Assembly: GCA_020349885.1 (NCBI GenBank)
Contig: CP070701.1
Coordinates: 32,498 to 96,497 of the forward strand
Origin: Acidobacteriota bacterium
Lineage (GTDB): Bacteria; Acidobacteriota; G020349885
Reading direction: 5' to 3'
Length of the DNA stretch: 64,000 bases
Shown here: positions 21,144 to 31,417 of the stretch, piece after piece
Layout of the letters: each line of letters starts with the position of its first letter
How positions within the stretch are numbered: the stretch's first letter is position 1
Program-made: the position numbers and the translations under genes
Notes under the pieces: model-generated
Seen by the model: only the letters and a program-made list of their open reading frames with translations
Databases searched by the model: none
Told to the model about the DNA's origin: nothing

Positions 21144-21572
21144 ATGGCGGAGAGAAAGCCATACCGAGTGTTGGACCACACCGCCGACATCGGTCTGGAA
21201 GCGCATGGCCAGACCCTGAGAAAGCTTTTCGAGAACGCGGCGGCGGGTTTCTACGCCCTTCTGGTCAAGGGCGGCGACGTGCGCACGCGCCAGACCGTCG
21301 AGCTCTCGATCCGCGCACACGACATCGAGGCGCTTTTTGTGCGCTTTCTCCAGGAGCTCAACTACCTTTACCAGACGCAGCGCCTTGTGGGAGGCCGCGT
21401 CGAGGTGCATAACATAGAGGAGCGGACGCTGCACGCCTCGGTGAGGGGGGAAACGCTCGACCCGCAACGCCACACCGTCCTGCGCGACATTAAGGCCGTG
21501 ACCTACCATGGGCTCACGCTCAAAAAGGTGAGAAAGAAGAGCTGGAAGGCCACCGTGCTCTTTGACGTGTAG
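21144..21572 (+). CDS. Archease family protein (activator of RtcB-type RNA ligase / tRNA-modifying enzymes)
   Basis: The N-terminal LDHTADIGLEAHG and C-terminal DIKAVTYHGLTL...ATVLFDV are hallmark archease motifs. Length is about 143 aa. Confidence 0.8.
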   Translation: MAERKPYRVLDHTADIGLEAHGQTLRKLFENAAAGFYALLVKGGDVRTRQTVELSIRAHDIEALFVRFLQELNYLYQTQRLVGGRVEVHNIEERTLHASVRGETLDPQRHTVLRDIKAVTYHGLTLKKVRKKSWKATVLFDV

Positions 21573-21665
21573 GGCCGGCCGTAGCCTTCTTCCACGTCTC
21601 ATGCTATAATCCCTTTTCTATCGGCAAAACTCGTATATGGACATGCTTCTGCGAAAGGAGCCCAC

Positions 21666-22760
21666 ATGACCACCCCCGCAGCCGAAAAGGCGAAAGCTTC
21701 GGAAAAGCGCGGCGCGCCGGCCGCGACGGGCGATAAACATAAGAAGGTTGTCGAGACGACCGTCTCCCAGATTGAGAAGCGCTTCGGCAAAGGCTCCATC
21801 ATGCGCCTCGGCGACGACGTGCGCGTGGAGGTTCCGAGCATCCCCTCGGGCTCGCTGATGCTTGATTATGCGCTGGGAGTCGGCGGCTACCCGCGGGGGA
21901 GGCTCGCGGAAATTTACGGCCCCGAGGGTTCCGGGAAAACCACGCTTGCCCTCCACGCCATCGCGGAGGCGTACAAGGCGGGCGGTGCCGCCGCGTTCGT
22001 GGACGCCGAGCATGCGCTCGACCCCGTGTACGCGCGCTCGCTGGGCGTCAACACGGACGAGCTCCTCGTCTCTCAGCCCGACCACGGCGAGCAGGCGCTC
22101 GAGATTGCAGAGATGCTCCTGCGGAGCGGCGCGATGGACATCGTCGTCGTGGATTCCGTGGCGGCCCTCGTGCCCCGCGCCGAACTCGAGGGAGAAATGG
22201 GAGACTCCTTCATGGGACTCCATGCGCGCCTAATGTCGCAGGCCATGCGCAAGCTGGTCGCCATCTTTTCGAAGTCCAAGACGTGCCTCATCTTCATCAA
22301 CCAGATACGGGAAAAGATCGGCGTCTTCTTCGGCAATCCGGAGACGACGACGGGCGGCCGCGCCCTCAAGTTCTATACCTCGGTTCGCGTAGAGGTGCGC
22401 CGCAAGGGCCTTATTCGTGAGGGCCAGGACACCGTCGGAAACCGCACCGCGGTCAAGGTGGTCAAGAACAAGCTGGCGCCGCCGTTTCGGCAGGCGGAGT
22501 TCGATATTCTTTACGGGAAGGGCATCTCGCGCGCGGGAGAAATCATTGACTTTGGAATGGATTTGGGCCTGGTGGAAAAGGCAGGCGTCTGGTTTTCCTA
22601 CGGCGAGACGCGGCTGGGACAGGGCCGGGGGAACGCCGTGCGCTTTCTGCAGGAGAATACCGACGTGGCGGACGACCTTACGTCCAAGATTCGTGAGCAG
22701 CTGAGCACGGCGAGGCCCCGCGTCGTGGGCGCCTCGGGTAGTCATGCGGACGATTTTTAA
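21666..22760 (+). CDS. recA: Recombinase RecA
   Basis: Canonical RecA sequence ([12 protein letters not shown]...[39 protein letters not shown]; [19 protein letters not shown]). Confidence 0.97.
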   Translation: MTTPAAEKAKASEKRGAPAATGDKHKKVVETTVSQIEKRFGKGSIMRLGDDVRVEVPSIPSGSLMLDYALGVGGYPRGRLAEIYGPEGSGKTTLALHAIAEAYKAGGAAAFVDAEHALDPVYARSLGVNTDELLVSQPDHGEQALEIAEMLLRSGAMDIVVVDSVAALVPRAELEGEMGDSFMGLHARLMSQAMRKLVAIFSKSKTCLIFINQIREKIGVFFGNPETTTGGRALKFYTSVRVEVRRKGLIREGQDTVGNRTAVKVVKNKLAPPFRQAEFDILYGKGISRAGEIIDFGMDLGLVEKAGVWFSYGETRLGQGRGNAVRFLQENTDVADDLTSKIREQLSTARPRVVGASGSHADDF

Positions 22761-24753
22761 GCTCGTCCTCGCCTTTGCTGCGCTGGGGGTTTTTCCTCAG
22801 TGGGCGCTGGCCCAGGAGGAAGCGCCCGCCGAGTCCGAGCCGCCCGCCCCGGCCCCGTTGGTGCAAACGTGCCCTCCGCCCCGCATCGTGCTCCACAGCC
22901 CATCGCTCCTCCTGCGACGCGCCCCCACGACCATAACGCTCCATGCCCTCCGCCGCGACGGAATGCAGAAAGGGGCGTTCCAGGGAACGGTGGCGCTGGA
23001 GGGGTTCTATCGGCGCGATCCGGAAAACCCCGCGGTCAGGATTCCCATTGAGCAGGCCAAATTCGCAGAGGGCGAAGCCGTGCTCGAAAAGGCGATGGTC
23101 ACAAGGGTCCCACTCGCGGCGCAGGGCGAGCGGCTTGAGGCGCGGATTCTCCCCGGCTGGGTTTCGCTTCTTCCGCCGATTCTGGCGATCGCGCTCGCCA
23201 TCGCGTTCCGCCAGGTCATTATGGCCCTCGCGTTCGGAATTTACCTGGGCGCCTTCTTCGTGGAGGGGTTCGACCCGTTCCGGGCGCTTCTTCGTGTGGC
23301 GGACAAGTACGTGCTCGACACCGTTGCCCACGATCCCGGCCACGTCCACGTTATCTTTTTCACTCTCATGATCGGGGGCATGGTGGCGGTCGTAAGCCGC
23401 TCGGGCGGCACGCAGGGAATCGTGGACGCCGTGTCGCGGCACGTCCGCTCCGTGCGCACGGGACAGGTTTCGACGTGGGTGCTGGGACTTTTGATCTTCT
23501 TCGACGACTACGCGAACACCCTCATCGTGGGCAACACCATGCGCCCCTTCACCGACCGCCTGCGCGTCTCGCGCGAGAAGCTTTCCTACATCGTGGACAG
23601 CACGGCCGCCCCCGTCGCATGCGTGGCCATCATCTCCCTTTGGATCGGCATGGAGTTGGGCCTCATCGGGGACTACAAGGAATCCATTGACGGCGCCTTG
23701 GCCAGCGTGGGAATCAGGTCCCCGGACGTGTACGGTATCTTCATCGCCTCCATCCCGTACAGCTTCTACTGTCTTCTGACCCTTTTCTTCGTTTTTGTGG
23801 TCGCGGCCACGCTCCGCGATTTCGGCCCCATGCGCCGCGCCGAGGAGCGCGCCCATGCAACGGGCGAGGTGCTCCGCCCCGGCTCGGTGCCGCTTTCCGA
23901 CAAGGAGCTTTCCATGCTCGAGGCCCCCGAGGGCAAGCCGCGGCGCTGGGTGAACGCGGCCGTTCCTATAGGGGGGCTCATTTTATTTACCATCGTGGGG
24001 CTTTACGTCACCGGCAGCCAGGCGCTGGGAAGCGAGGCAAAGAATGTCGGATTTGTGGAGATTTTCGGGGCGGCCGATTCATTCAAAGTCCTCTTGTGGG
24101 CGGCGTTCGGCGGAGGCCTCCTCGCCGTGGTGCTGGCGGTATCCCAGCGAATTCTTTCCCTGGAAGAGGCGCTGCGGACGTGGGTGACGGGTATAAAATC
24201 CATGGTGCTCGCGGTCATCGTCCTGCTGCTGGCATGGTCGTTGGGGGCCTTGTGCAAGGGCGAGATGCTGACGGGAAGCTATCTGGTGGAAGTCTGCCGC
24301 GACGTCCTGCCGCCGAGCCTGCTGCCGCTGCTCGTCTTTCTTTTGGCCGCGGGCATCTCGTTCGCCACGGGCACCTCGTGGGGCACGATGGCCATTTTGT
24401 TCCCCGTGGCTATTCCCATGGCGTGCGTGTTCATCGGAGAGGGGGGCGTTTCGCCCGAGAGGGCCGCGCCGATCCTCTATGCCACCATCGCGGCCATTCT
24501 GTCGGGCGCCACGTTCGGCGACCACTGCTCCCCCATTTCCGACACGACCATCCTGTCCTCCATGGCCTCGAGCTGCGACCACATTGACCACGTGCGCACC
24601 CAGATCCCTTACGCGCTGACGGTCGCGGGCGTCGCCGCCTTTATCGGCTACCTTCCCGTTGGCTTAGGCGTCCCCGTCTACGTGAGCCTCGTGGTGGGCG
24701 CCGCCGTTCTCGCGGCGGTGGTCTATCTTGCGGGAAAGCCCGTGGCACGCTGA
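22744..24753 (+). CDS. NhaC-family Na+/H+ antiporter-like membrane transporter with N-terminal periplasmic domain
   Basis: A signal peptide and a roughly 150-aa soluble domain precede a polytopic NhaC-like core ([41 protein letters not shown]). Confidence 0.65.
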   Translation: MRTIFKLVLAFAALGVFPQWALAQEEAPAESEPPAPAPLVQTCPPPRIVLHSPSLLLRRAPTTITLHALRRDGMQKGAFQGTVALEGFYRRDPENPAVRIPIEQAKFAEGEAVLEKAMVTRVPLAAQGERLEARILPGWVSLLPPILAIALAIAFRQVIMALAFGIYLGAFFVEGFDPFRALLRVADKYVLDTVAHDPGHVHVIFFTLMIGGMVAVVSRSGGTQGIVDAVSRHVRSVRTGQVSTWVLGLLIFFDDYANTLIVGNTMRPFTDRLRVSREKLSYIVDSTAAPVACVAIISLWIGMELGLIGDYKESIDGALASVGIRSPDVYGIFIASIPYSFYCLLTLFFVFVVAATLRDFGPMRRAEERAHATGEVLRPGSVPLSDKELSMLEAPEGKPRRWVNAAVPIGGLILFTIVGLYVTGSQALGSEAKNVGFVEIFGAADSFKVLLWAAFGGGLLAVVLAVSQRILSLEEALRTWVTGIKSMVLAVIVLLLAWSLGALCKGEMLTGSYLVEVCRDVLPPSLLPLLVFLLAAGISFATGTSWGTMAILFPVAIPMACVFIGEGGVSPERAAPILYATIAAILSGATFGDHCSPISDTTILSSMASSCDHIDHVRTQIPYALTVAGVAAFIGYLPVGLGVPVYVSLVVGAAVLAAVVYLAGKPVAR

Positions 24754-24880
24754 CGGGTTTAGGCGGCGCGGTTGGGGCTTTGCCCCGGACGGCTTGCAGG
24801 TGCCTTTTTCAGAAAAAACCGAGAACAAAGAGAAGATGCTCCTCGAGGCGGTCAAAAAGCGGTTGTGAAAAGGAAGGGGT

Positions 24881-26797
24881 ATGGTGTACTTCATTTTGTT
24901 CTTTTCTTCAATCTTTCTTGTTGGCTTCACGGCGGTCGTTTTAACATACCGTCCCGTTCACTCTAAAAATCTTCCTGTCCTTTACGGAAGCGTCGCCGTT
25001 GGAAACGCGCTATCCGTATTTTTGCTTAATGGATTGTGTTACGGGATAGGCGTGGAAGGCGGCATGTGGGCCGCACCTGCAATGGGATTCGCTGTCTTTG
25101 CTTTGGCCTGGATGGCTTCTGGAAAATTTCGTGAAGAAACCAGGGCCATTTGGCGCCGTCTACAGGAAAAGACGGGGGCAAAGAGGAATCAGCAATACGG
25201 GGTCCTGTTTGCGGGGATTCTCATCGTGGGGTTCCTTGCGGCGATTGCCTTCTTTACGACCAGGCATGATGCAGAGGCCCACCATGCGCAATTGGCGACC
25301 ATTAGCATGGGGAATTTTCCGGCGATGTTTCCCTTTCAACCAGACCTCTCTCTTTTCTACCATTATGGCTTCGCACTTTTCGCGGCCTTTCCCTTTCGCG
25401 CGACGTCTTGGGATATAAACATCGTGGAGGACCTGTGCTTAACGTGGATCATGTTGGGCGCGGTACTGTCGGCGGTCAATTTCGTGAAAGTTTATTTTTC
25501 CGCCCGGCGAAAGGCTCAAATTATGGGATTGCTTTTTTATTTTTTCGGATACGGCCCTCTTGGAATTTGCGGCTTATTGTATTTTACGGGATTTTTTTTG
25601 GAGTGGCTTCCCGAGGTCTTGGGGCCCATTTCCGTGCTTTCTTATTCCAATTCATTCCTGCGCCGGGCGCCTGCCATGGCCTATGCAGTGCTGCCGACGT
25701 TCTTGTGGATGTTGCATCGATTCTGGGACACCCGCAAGCCCTGGCCTGCAGGACAGGCCTTGCTCCTGGTGGGCATTATGGCTTCGTTTGGGCTGCTTGC
25801 TGAGGAGGTGCCCATAATCACAGGGGCGGCAATCGTTTTGGTAGGATTGAAGGATTGGCTTAAGGGGCATATGCCTCTTACGAAGGTTGTGGTTTTGGGG
25901 GCGTTCTTGCTGCTATCGCTGCTTCTATGTCTGGGGCAGGGAGGTATGCCCACTTACGCCGCCCGCGCGCTGATCCAAGGTTCGGGGGAATTGGTGCCTG
26001 AGATGCAATCGGTCAAGCACTTTAACATAATATGGCCGCCCGGGGTGCCCGCGTACACGGGATACGGCCATGCCTTTTCTCCCACGCTCTGGCGCGTTTT
26101 GTTGTTGGAATTCGGCCCTCTGTTTCTGTTGTTCCCATACTTCTTATGGCCGGGGCGAGATTCATTCCGACAGCTGATCTATACGATGTGCTGGATCGGG
26201 TTGCTTGTTCCGGCGTTTTTCACGTGGGGGCAAACCTCGTTCGATATGCAGCGGTTCTCGCAGATCTCCCTCTATCTGGCGTATCTGTTTGCCGGACGAT
26301 TTTTGGCGGATGTCTTGGAGGCAAGAGTTGCTTCTCGCCGCCTTCGGACTCTGGGATATGTCGCCTTAGCGGTGTTTGTGACGCTGACGCCTGTTCTCCA
26401 TGGTGCGCATCGCATCGCAAGAAAGCAGACCCATGTTTGGGTGGCCCATGAAGCCGAGGCCATCGTGCAAGACGCGAAAATGTATATTCCTCCTTTAAGT
26501 CGCGTCGTAACCTTGGCGCGCTTAAACTACCCCTTGCACCGTGAAGGCTATTTCGCGCTTTACGATACCCCTCCCGATCTATTTTATCTAACCGGTATGC
26601 TGAGAGGCCGACACGACGCTTCGCTTGAAAAACTCTCGCGTGAGAAATGCTTGGATTGGCGACCGGATTTCCTCCTGGTGCCTTTTCGGGTAGCGGAGCA
26701 TTTTCAGAAAACAGTGCCCGAATCCAGGGCCACGCCTCTTCGCACGTATATTTACAAAGGAGAACCCCTGCATTTGATAAAGATCGATTTCCCCTGA
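24881..26797 (+). CDS. Large polytopic membrane protein (possible GT-C-fold glycosyltransferase-like), hypothetical; in low-GC island
   Basis: A 638-aa ORF with 12 or more predicted TM helices and a C-terminal soluble domain. It has no catalytic motif I can name. Codon composition is markedly lower-GC than flanking genes. Confidence 0.5.
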   Translation: MVYFILFFSSIFLVGFTAVVLTYRPVHSKNLPVLYGSVAVGNALSVFLLNGLCYGIGVEGGMWAAPAMGFAVFALAWMASGKFREETRAIWRRLQEKTGAKRNQQYGVLFAGILIVGFLAAIAFFTTRHDAEAHHAQLATISMGNFPAMFPFQPDLSLFYHYGFALFAAFPFRATSWDINIVEDLCLTWIMLGAVLSAVNFVKVYFSARRKAQIMGLLFYFFGYGPLGICGLLYFTGFFLEWLPEVLGPISVLSYSNSFLRRAPAMAYAVLPTFLWMLHRFWDTRKPWPAGQALLLVGIMASFGLLAEEVPIITGAAIVLVGLKDWLKGHMPLTKVVVLGAFLLLSLLLCLGQGGMPTYAARALIQGSGELVPEMQSVKHFNIIWPPGVPAYTGYGHAFSPTLWRVLLLEFGPLFLLFPYFLWPGRDSFRQLIYTMCWIGLLVPAFFTWGQTSFDMQRFSQISLYLAYLFAGRFLADVLEARVASRRLRTLGYVALAVFVTLTPVLHGAHRIARKQTHVWVAHEAEAIVQDAKMYIPPLSRVVTLARLNYPLHREGYFALYDTPPDLFYLTGMLRGRHDASLEKLSREKCLDWRPDFLLVPFRVAEHFQKTVPESRATPLRTYIYKGEPLHLIKIDFP

Positions 26798-26909
26798 TGC
26801 ATTGCGGAGAGCGGAAAACATTTGACGGTTGCTCATAAGGTTGGCAACGTTTTTTGCCTATAAGGGCACGGCTCGCAAGCAAGCGCAGAATGTTTCGTGC
26901 TCCTCGTAG

Positions 26910-26915
26910 TATAAT
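26910..26915 (+). promoter_or_regulatory. Perfect TATAAT -10 element upstream of the M1-like peptidase gene (weak -35)
   Basis: GTAGTATAATGA lies about 165 nt upstream of the ATG at 27079. It is preceded by a GTTGC...GCAAC hairpin plus a T6 tract at 26826-26856, a possible terminator for the preceding gene. Confidence 0.3.
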
Positions 26916-27078
26916 GATTCCGGGAGCAAAAGAGTAAAGGCCTGGCAAACAAGCCCTGCGATGAAAATTTTCTTTCTAATGCTTTATCGCGGCAAGATGC
27001 GTTGAAAACGCCCGTCCCATCGGCTACCATAGTCGCGTGCCGTTCCTAGACATAGACACCATAAGCAAGGAGACAACG

Positions 27079-29790
27079 ATGATTCGCAAACGCATGCTTT
27101 GCCGAACCGGTATCCTTTTTGCCGCCGCCGTCGTTTTGGCGGCCTTTTCCACGCCCGCTCAGGAAGGGGCCAAGAGCGACCTGGAGCGCCTCTACGGCGA
27201 GTTCAACGAAATTTCTCTCGATACCTCCCAGGGCTTCGCCGTCAAGAATTTTCTGCTCGAGCACGACAGCTTCTCCGCGAAGCTCGAGGACGGAATCATT
27301 TTCTTTTCAAACAAGATCGGCGGCCAGTTCTACGCCGCCGTTTTCTTGGGCAAGGGGGAGATGACTCTACGCATCCCCGAGCCCGTCAAAGACATGCAAT
27401 TCAGAAATATCCTCTGGGGGCGGGAGAGTGAGGACCCCTCAAGGAAGGGAATCAAGGGCCAGCCTTTTACGGAAGCCTTCCTTGTGGTGCCGCCGGACAT
27501 TAAGGCGCCGGTCAATTACGAGCTTCTTTCCGGAAAGTTCAAGATACCCGGCTCGGAAGTGGCGGCGGTTACGGAAGGCGGGCTTCTCGAAAAGCACAGC
27601 GAGCGCGCGCAGGAGCTTTTTGCGCAGCAAGCGGGCCCTCCGGACTGGAGGGAGATTCCCGTGAGAACTATGGTATGGCGCCATTTGAACAATTTCACTA
27701 ACGAGTATTTCGAATTCCGGGCGAACACCAAGGATTTTCAATGGGTGCGGTTTCTATTTAATCCGGACTTCGAGCGCGAGTGCCGTGCGGGGCGCATCTC
27801 CTATGAAGCGGCCTATGGACGCCAGCAAGTGATTGAAAAAGGAGGCGTGTCATGGGATCGCCGGAAAGACTATCGACAAGCGGAGGGCGGCTGGACGGCG
27901 AACCTGCGCGAGCGCCTACACGAAGACAGGCGCACCGTCGAGATTTTTCATTACGATATGGGCATCACCGTTGAGAAGGCGGCTTTGCTTCTCAAGAATA
28001 AGATGACGATGCGTATCCGGCCGCGAAGAGAGGGAGCACGCTGCGCAAGGTTCGACTTCCTCTCACATTGGCAAGACGATAAGCGCAAGGCCTTTCTCAT
28101 AAAGAAATGCACGGGTGCCGAGGGAAACTCCCTTCCCTTTTTGCACGACAAGGACGAACTCTTAGTGGACATGGGAAAAACCATGGAGATAGAAAAAGAT
28201 TACAGCATTACTTTGGAATACGAAGCCAAATTTATCAAGCCACTCGACAATATCGTCAAACCGGATTCGATCGATCCCGTTGAGTGGCAAAGAATTCTTC
28301 AAGATTTCTTGCAATTCTTACCAGCCCAGCCCTCCACGCATACTCTTCTCAACACCTACCCGTGGTACCCCCAAGCAGGCGGCATGGAAAACGAAGCCAC
28401 CTACGATGTCAAAGTCAGAGTGCCTTTCGAATTTATTGCTGCGGCTTCCGGGCACACGGTAGAACGCTGGCAGGAGGAACCCGATTACGAGTGCCTGCAT
28501 ACGCGGCTCGATAAGCCGGTGAGCTTCTTCGCCATTATTTTCGGACGCTATCAGATGCTTTCGGGGAAGTTATACGGCGAGGAGAAAAGCCGGGCCGAGG
28601 CGTATGACGACGAGGAAGAGGAGGAAGGGGAAGAGGATGAAGAGATAAACGTAGAGGAATACGCAAAGAAATGGGGCGATCCCACTATTTACGTCTATGC
28701 GCTTGACCGTCAGCAACGAGCGCTTCCCGCCATGCTGGACAAGGCGCGCAACATGCTTCACTATTATAACGAATTTTTTCAAAGGCCCTTTCGCTACGAG
28801 GAATTGGACATTGTTCAAATGGGTTTCTTTATGGGGTTCGGACAAGCGCCTCCGGGACTGGTGCAGCTTACGGGAGAAGCTTTTCTGCGTCAAACAGAAC
28901 TTGCTGCCCACTTTGAATGGATAGATCCCGGATTTCTCGAAGGCTTCCTTGCCCATGAGCTGGGTCATGAATGGTGGCCGGATATCACGGGCATGCGCAA
29001 CTATGAACAGGACGCGTGGTTGAGCGAGGGATTTGCGGAGTATGCGTCGGGGCTTTACTTGGAGAACACCAATGGCTTTAAGGCCCTATGCGAGGACGCT
29101 GAGGCGCAGTGGCTCAAAGTAGGGGGCTACGGAGGAGGAGGAATCCTTGACGTAAAACCTTACGAACAAGGCTCCATCTACTCTCCCGGGGCGAGCTACG
29201 AAACCCAGGTGTATCAAAAAGGCCCCTACGTTCTCCACATGCTCCGTAGCATCCTCGGCCCAGAGCTTTTCCAGGCGCTTCTGCAGCGGTTTATGAAAGA
29301 TTTCGCGGGGAAACAGCCCGTGACGCCCGACTTCATTGACACCGTCAGGAAGGTCATCTTCGAATATGTGAAGGGCGATCCGTTTAAGACCTACCGTGAA
29401 AACGGAACACCGTTATCAGAGTGGTCGCCGGCGCACCGGGACGAGTTCCTCCGCATGGGCGATTTCTACAAGAATCTCGACGCCTGGTTCGAGGACTGGT
29501 ATATCGACCCGGGCCACGCGGAGATCCACTTCTCGTGGAGCGCGCAAAAGGACACCGAAAAGGGAGGTTACGTTTTTACGGGCCGCATCCGGCAGGACCC
29601 CAAGGAATTCAAGATGGTGCTCGCGCCCATCATTCTGCGCTTCAAGAAAGATTCGTCGCTCGTGCGGTTCTTTGTCGATAAACCGGATTACGAATTCCGG
29701 CGACGCGTTGACAAAGAGCCGACCGAAGTGGTCTTCGACGAATTCAAGATGCTCGCGGCCGAGGTGACGGTTGAAGCGGCTCAGCCGTAG
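27079..29790 (+). CDS. Secreted gluzincin (M1-like, MA-clan) zinc metallopeptidase, atypical
   Basis: The Zn-binding motif HELGHEWW...(19)...EGFAEYAS has the HEXXH-X18-19-E spacing of the M1/gluzincin family, but I found no recognisable GAMEN exopeptidase motif. An N-terminal signal peptide (ILFAAAVVLAAFSTPAQE) and an acidic DDEEEEEGEEDEE stretch are present. A strong SD (AAGGAG) lies before the ATG at 27079. Confidence 0.7.
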   Translation: MIRKRMLCRTGILFAAAVVLAAFSTPAQEGAKSDLERLYGEFNEISLDTSQGFAVKNFLLEHDSFSAKLEDGIIFFSNKIGGQFYAAVFLGKGEMTLRIPEPVKDMQFRNILWGRESEDPSRKGIKGQPFTEAFLVVPPDIKAPVNYELLSGKFKIPGSEVAAVTEGGLLEKHSERAQELFAQQAGPPDWREIPVRTMVWRHLNNFTNEYFEFRANTKDFQWVRFLFNPDFERECRAGRISYEAAYGRQQVIEKGGVSWDRRKDYRQAEGGWTANLRERLHEDRRTVEIFHYDMGITVEKAALLLKNKMTMRIRPRREGARCARFDFLSHWQDDKRKAFLIKKCTGAEGNSLPFLHDKDELLVDMGKTMEIEKDYSITLEYEAKFIKPLDNIVKPDSIDPVEWQRILQDFLQFLPAQPSTHTLLNTYPWYPQAGGMENEATYDVKVRVPFEFIAAASGHTVERWQEEPDYECLHTRLDKPVSFFAIIFGRYQMLSGKLYGEEKSRAEAYDDEEEEEGEEDEEINVEEYAKKWGDPTIYVYALDRQQRALPAMLDKARNMLHYYNEFFQRPFRYEELDIVQMGFFMGFGQAPPGLVQLTGEAFLRQTELAAHFEWIDPGFLEGFLAHELGHEWWPDITGMRNYEQDAWLSEGFAEYASGLYLENTNGFKALCEDAEAQWLKVGGYGGGGILDVKPYEQGSIYSPGASYETQVYQKGPYVLHMLRSILGPELFQALLQRFMKDFAGKQPVTPDFIDTVRKVIFEYVKGDPFKTYRENGTPLSEWSPAHRDEFLRMGDFYKNLDAWFEDWYIDPGHAEIHFSWSAQKDTEKGGYVFTGRIRQDPKEFKMVLAPIILRFKKDSSLVRFFVDKPDYEFRRRVDKEPTEVVFDEFKMLAAEVTVEAAQP

Positions 29791-29827
29791 TTCTGAAACC
29801 GTACGCACGGCATGCCGAAGAAAGAGA

Positions 29828-31417
29828 ATGGAAATCTTTAGAGTAATTTTCCCGCGGGTCTGCCGACTGGTCGGAGCGGCTGGGCCGAAGCATGGGCGGC
29901 CTTCCCGGCGGTTTTCCTTCATCCTGGCGCTCGTCCCCGCCCTTGTCTTCGTCCTCGCCGGCCCTGCCGCCGCCCGGGCGCCGGCTTCCTTTGTCCCTTC
30001 GGAGCTGCTGGAGGAGGACTGGTACGCGCTCTCGTGGAACGGCCAGCACGCGGGCTACATACATTCCGTGGCCGAGCAGGGGCGCGACTCAGGGAAGCGG
30101 GAGTGGATCCGCAGCCGGACGAGGGTGGAGATGGCGCTCTCGCGCATGGAGATGGAGATTCGCGTCACGATGGGAGGGGAGCTCTGGGAAGTTCCCGGCA
30201 AGGGCCTGCGTACCTTTTCGTTCGTGATGCAGATGGGCCCGCTCGGGGAGATGCGCTACGCGGGCGAGCGCAAGGGCGACGTGTTGCGCATCACGGGCAC
30301 GTCGGCAGGAAAGTCCTACGAGCGCGAGATTCCCTGGCAGGAGGGAACGCTTTCGCCCTTCGAGGAGATGCGGCGCTTCCGGGAACGCTTTCGAGAAGGC
30401 CGCAAGACGTTCTCCCACATGGTGTTCAATCCCGAGCAGCAGCGCGCCATGGTGACGACTTACACGCTGGAGGAAGAGGAAGAGGTTTCGCTTTTGGGCG
30501 CGCGCAAGCGTCTTCTGCGTGTGCGCGTGGAGCAGGACATTCTGCCCGGCGTCGTCTCCTACGCTTGGGTGGACAAGGAGGGTCGTATACACAAGATGCT
30601 CCTTCCGATGGGGGGGCTCGCTACGGTCGAGGCGGTACGGACCACGAAGGAGCGCGCGATGTCCCCCACGGGGCCCGCCGAGGTGCTCGCGCAGACGCTC
30701 CTTGTGCCCGACGTGCCCGTGAAGAACCCGCTCAACGCCACGCGCATCGTCTACCGCATCGGCTTTCGCGACCCGGAAAAGATTCCCTCCTTTCCCCCGG
30801 ACGGCCGGCAGACCGTGCGCGTCCGGAAGGGCTCGGTTCTCACGCTCGAGGTGAAGCGCCCCGAAGCGCCACCCCGGGCGCGTGGGGAAGAGTCGGCGCC
30901 GCCAGAGGAAAAATACCTATCTCCGAACCCTCACCTTCAGTCGGACGACGAGGCGCTGCGCAAAGTCGCGGCCGAGGTCACGCGCGACCAGAGGAGACCC
31001 TGGGAGAAGGCCTCGGCGCTCACGCACTGGGTCTACCGCCGTATCGAAAAGAAGGACCTGGGAGTGGGCTTCGCTTCCGCGAAGGACGTGTTCGAGAATC
31101 CGCGCGGCGACTGCACCGAGCATGCCGTGCTCCTTGCGGCCATGCTTCGCGCCGTGGACATTCCATCGCGCGTGGCCGCGGGGCTCGTCTACTCGCCCGT
31201 GCTCGGCGCGTTCGGCTACCACATGTGGACGGAGGCTTTCGTCGAAAACAAGTGGCATGCCCTCGATGCGATGTTCGACGAAACGCTCCTCGATCCCACG
31301 CATTTGAAGTTCACGGACTCTGCGCTCGACGAGGGTATCGACCCCGCGTTTATGAGCGAGTTTATTGCGTTCCTTCAAAACATGGAAATCAGGATCGTCA
31401 CGGTGAACCATGAATAA
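29828..31417 (+). CDS. Transglutaminase-like cysteine-protease-superfamily protein, secreted/membrane-anchored
   Basis: A C-terminal transglutaminase core Cys-His-Asp triad context is present (NPRGDCTEHAVLLAAMLRAVDIPSRVAAGLVY...GYHMWTEAFVENKWHALDA). The N-terminus has a hydrophobic signal/TM segment (FSFILALVPALVFVLAGPAAARA). The start is ambiguous between 29771 and 29828. Confidence 0.7.
   Translation: MEIFRVIFPRVCRLVGAAGPKHGRPSRRFSFILALVPALVFVLAGPAAARAPASFVPSELLEEDWYALSWNGQHAGYIHSVAEQGRDSGKREWIRSRTRVEMALSRMEMEIRVTMGGELWEVPGKGLRTFSFVMQMGPLGEMRYAGERKGDVLRITGTSAGKSYEREIPWQEGTLSPFEEMRRFRERFREGRKTFSHMVFNPEQQRAMVTTYTLEEEEEVSLLGARKRLLRVRVEQDILPGVVSYAWVDKEGRIHKMLLPMGGLATVEAVRTTKERAMSPTGPAEVLAQTLLVPDVPVKNPLNATRIVYRIGFRDPEKIPSFPPDGRQTVRVRKGSVLTLEVKRPEAPPRARGEESAPPEEKYLSPNPHLQSDDEALRKVAAEVTRDQRRPWEKASALTHWVYRRIEKKDLGVGFASAKDVFENPRGDCTEHAVLLAAMLRAVDIPSRVAAGLVYSPVLGAFGYHMWTEAFVENKWHALDAMFDETLLDPTHLKFTDSALDEGIDPAFMSEFIAFLQNMEIRIVTVNHE

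Noticed and set aside
22678-23856. 392-aa minus-strand ORF antisense to nhaC
   Set aside because: Antisense to a transporter gene with clear TM periodicity. The protein is Gly/Arg-rich with no domain.
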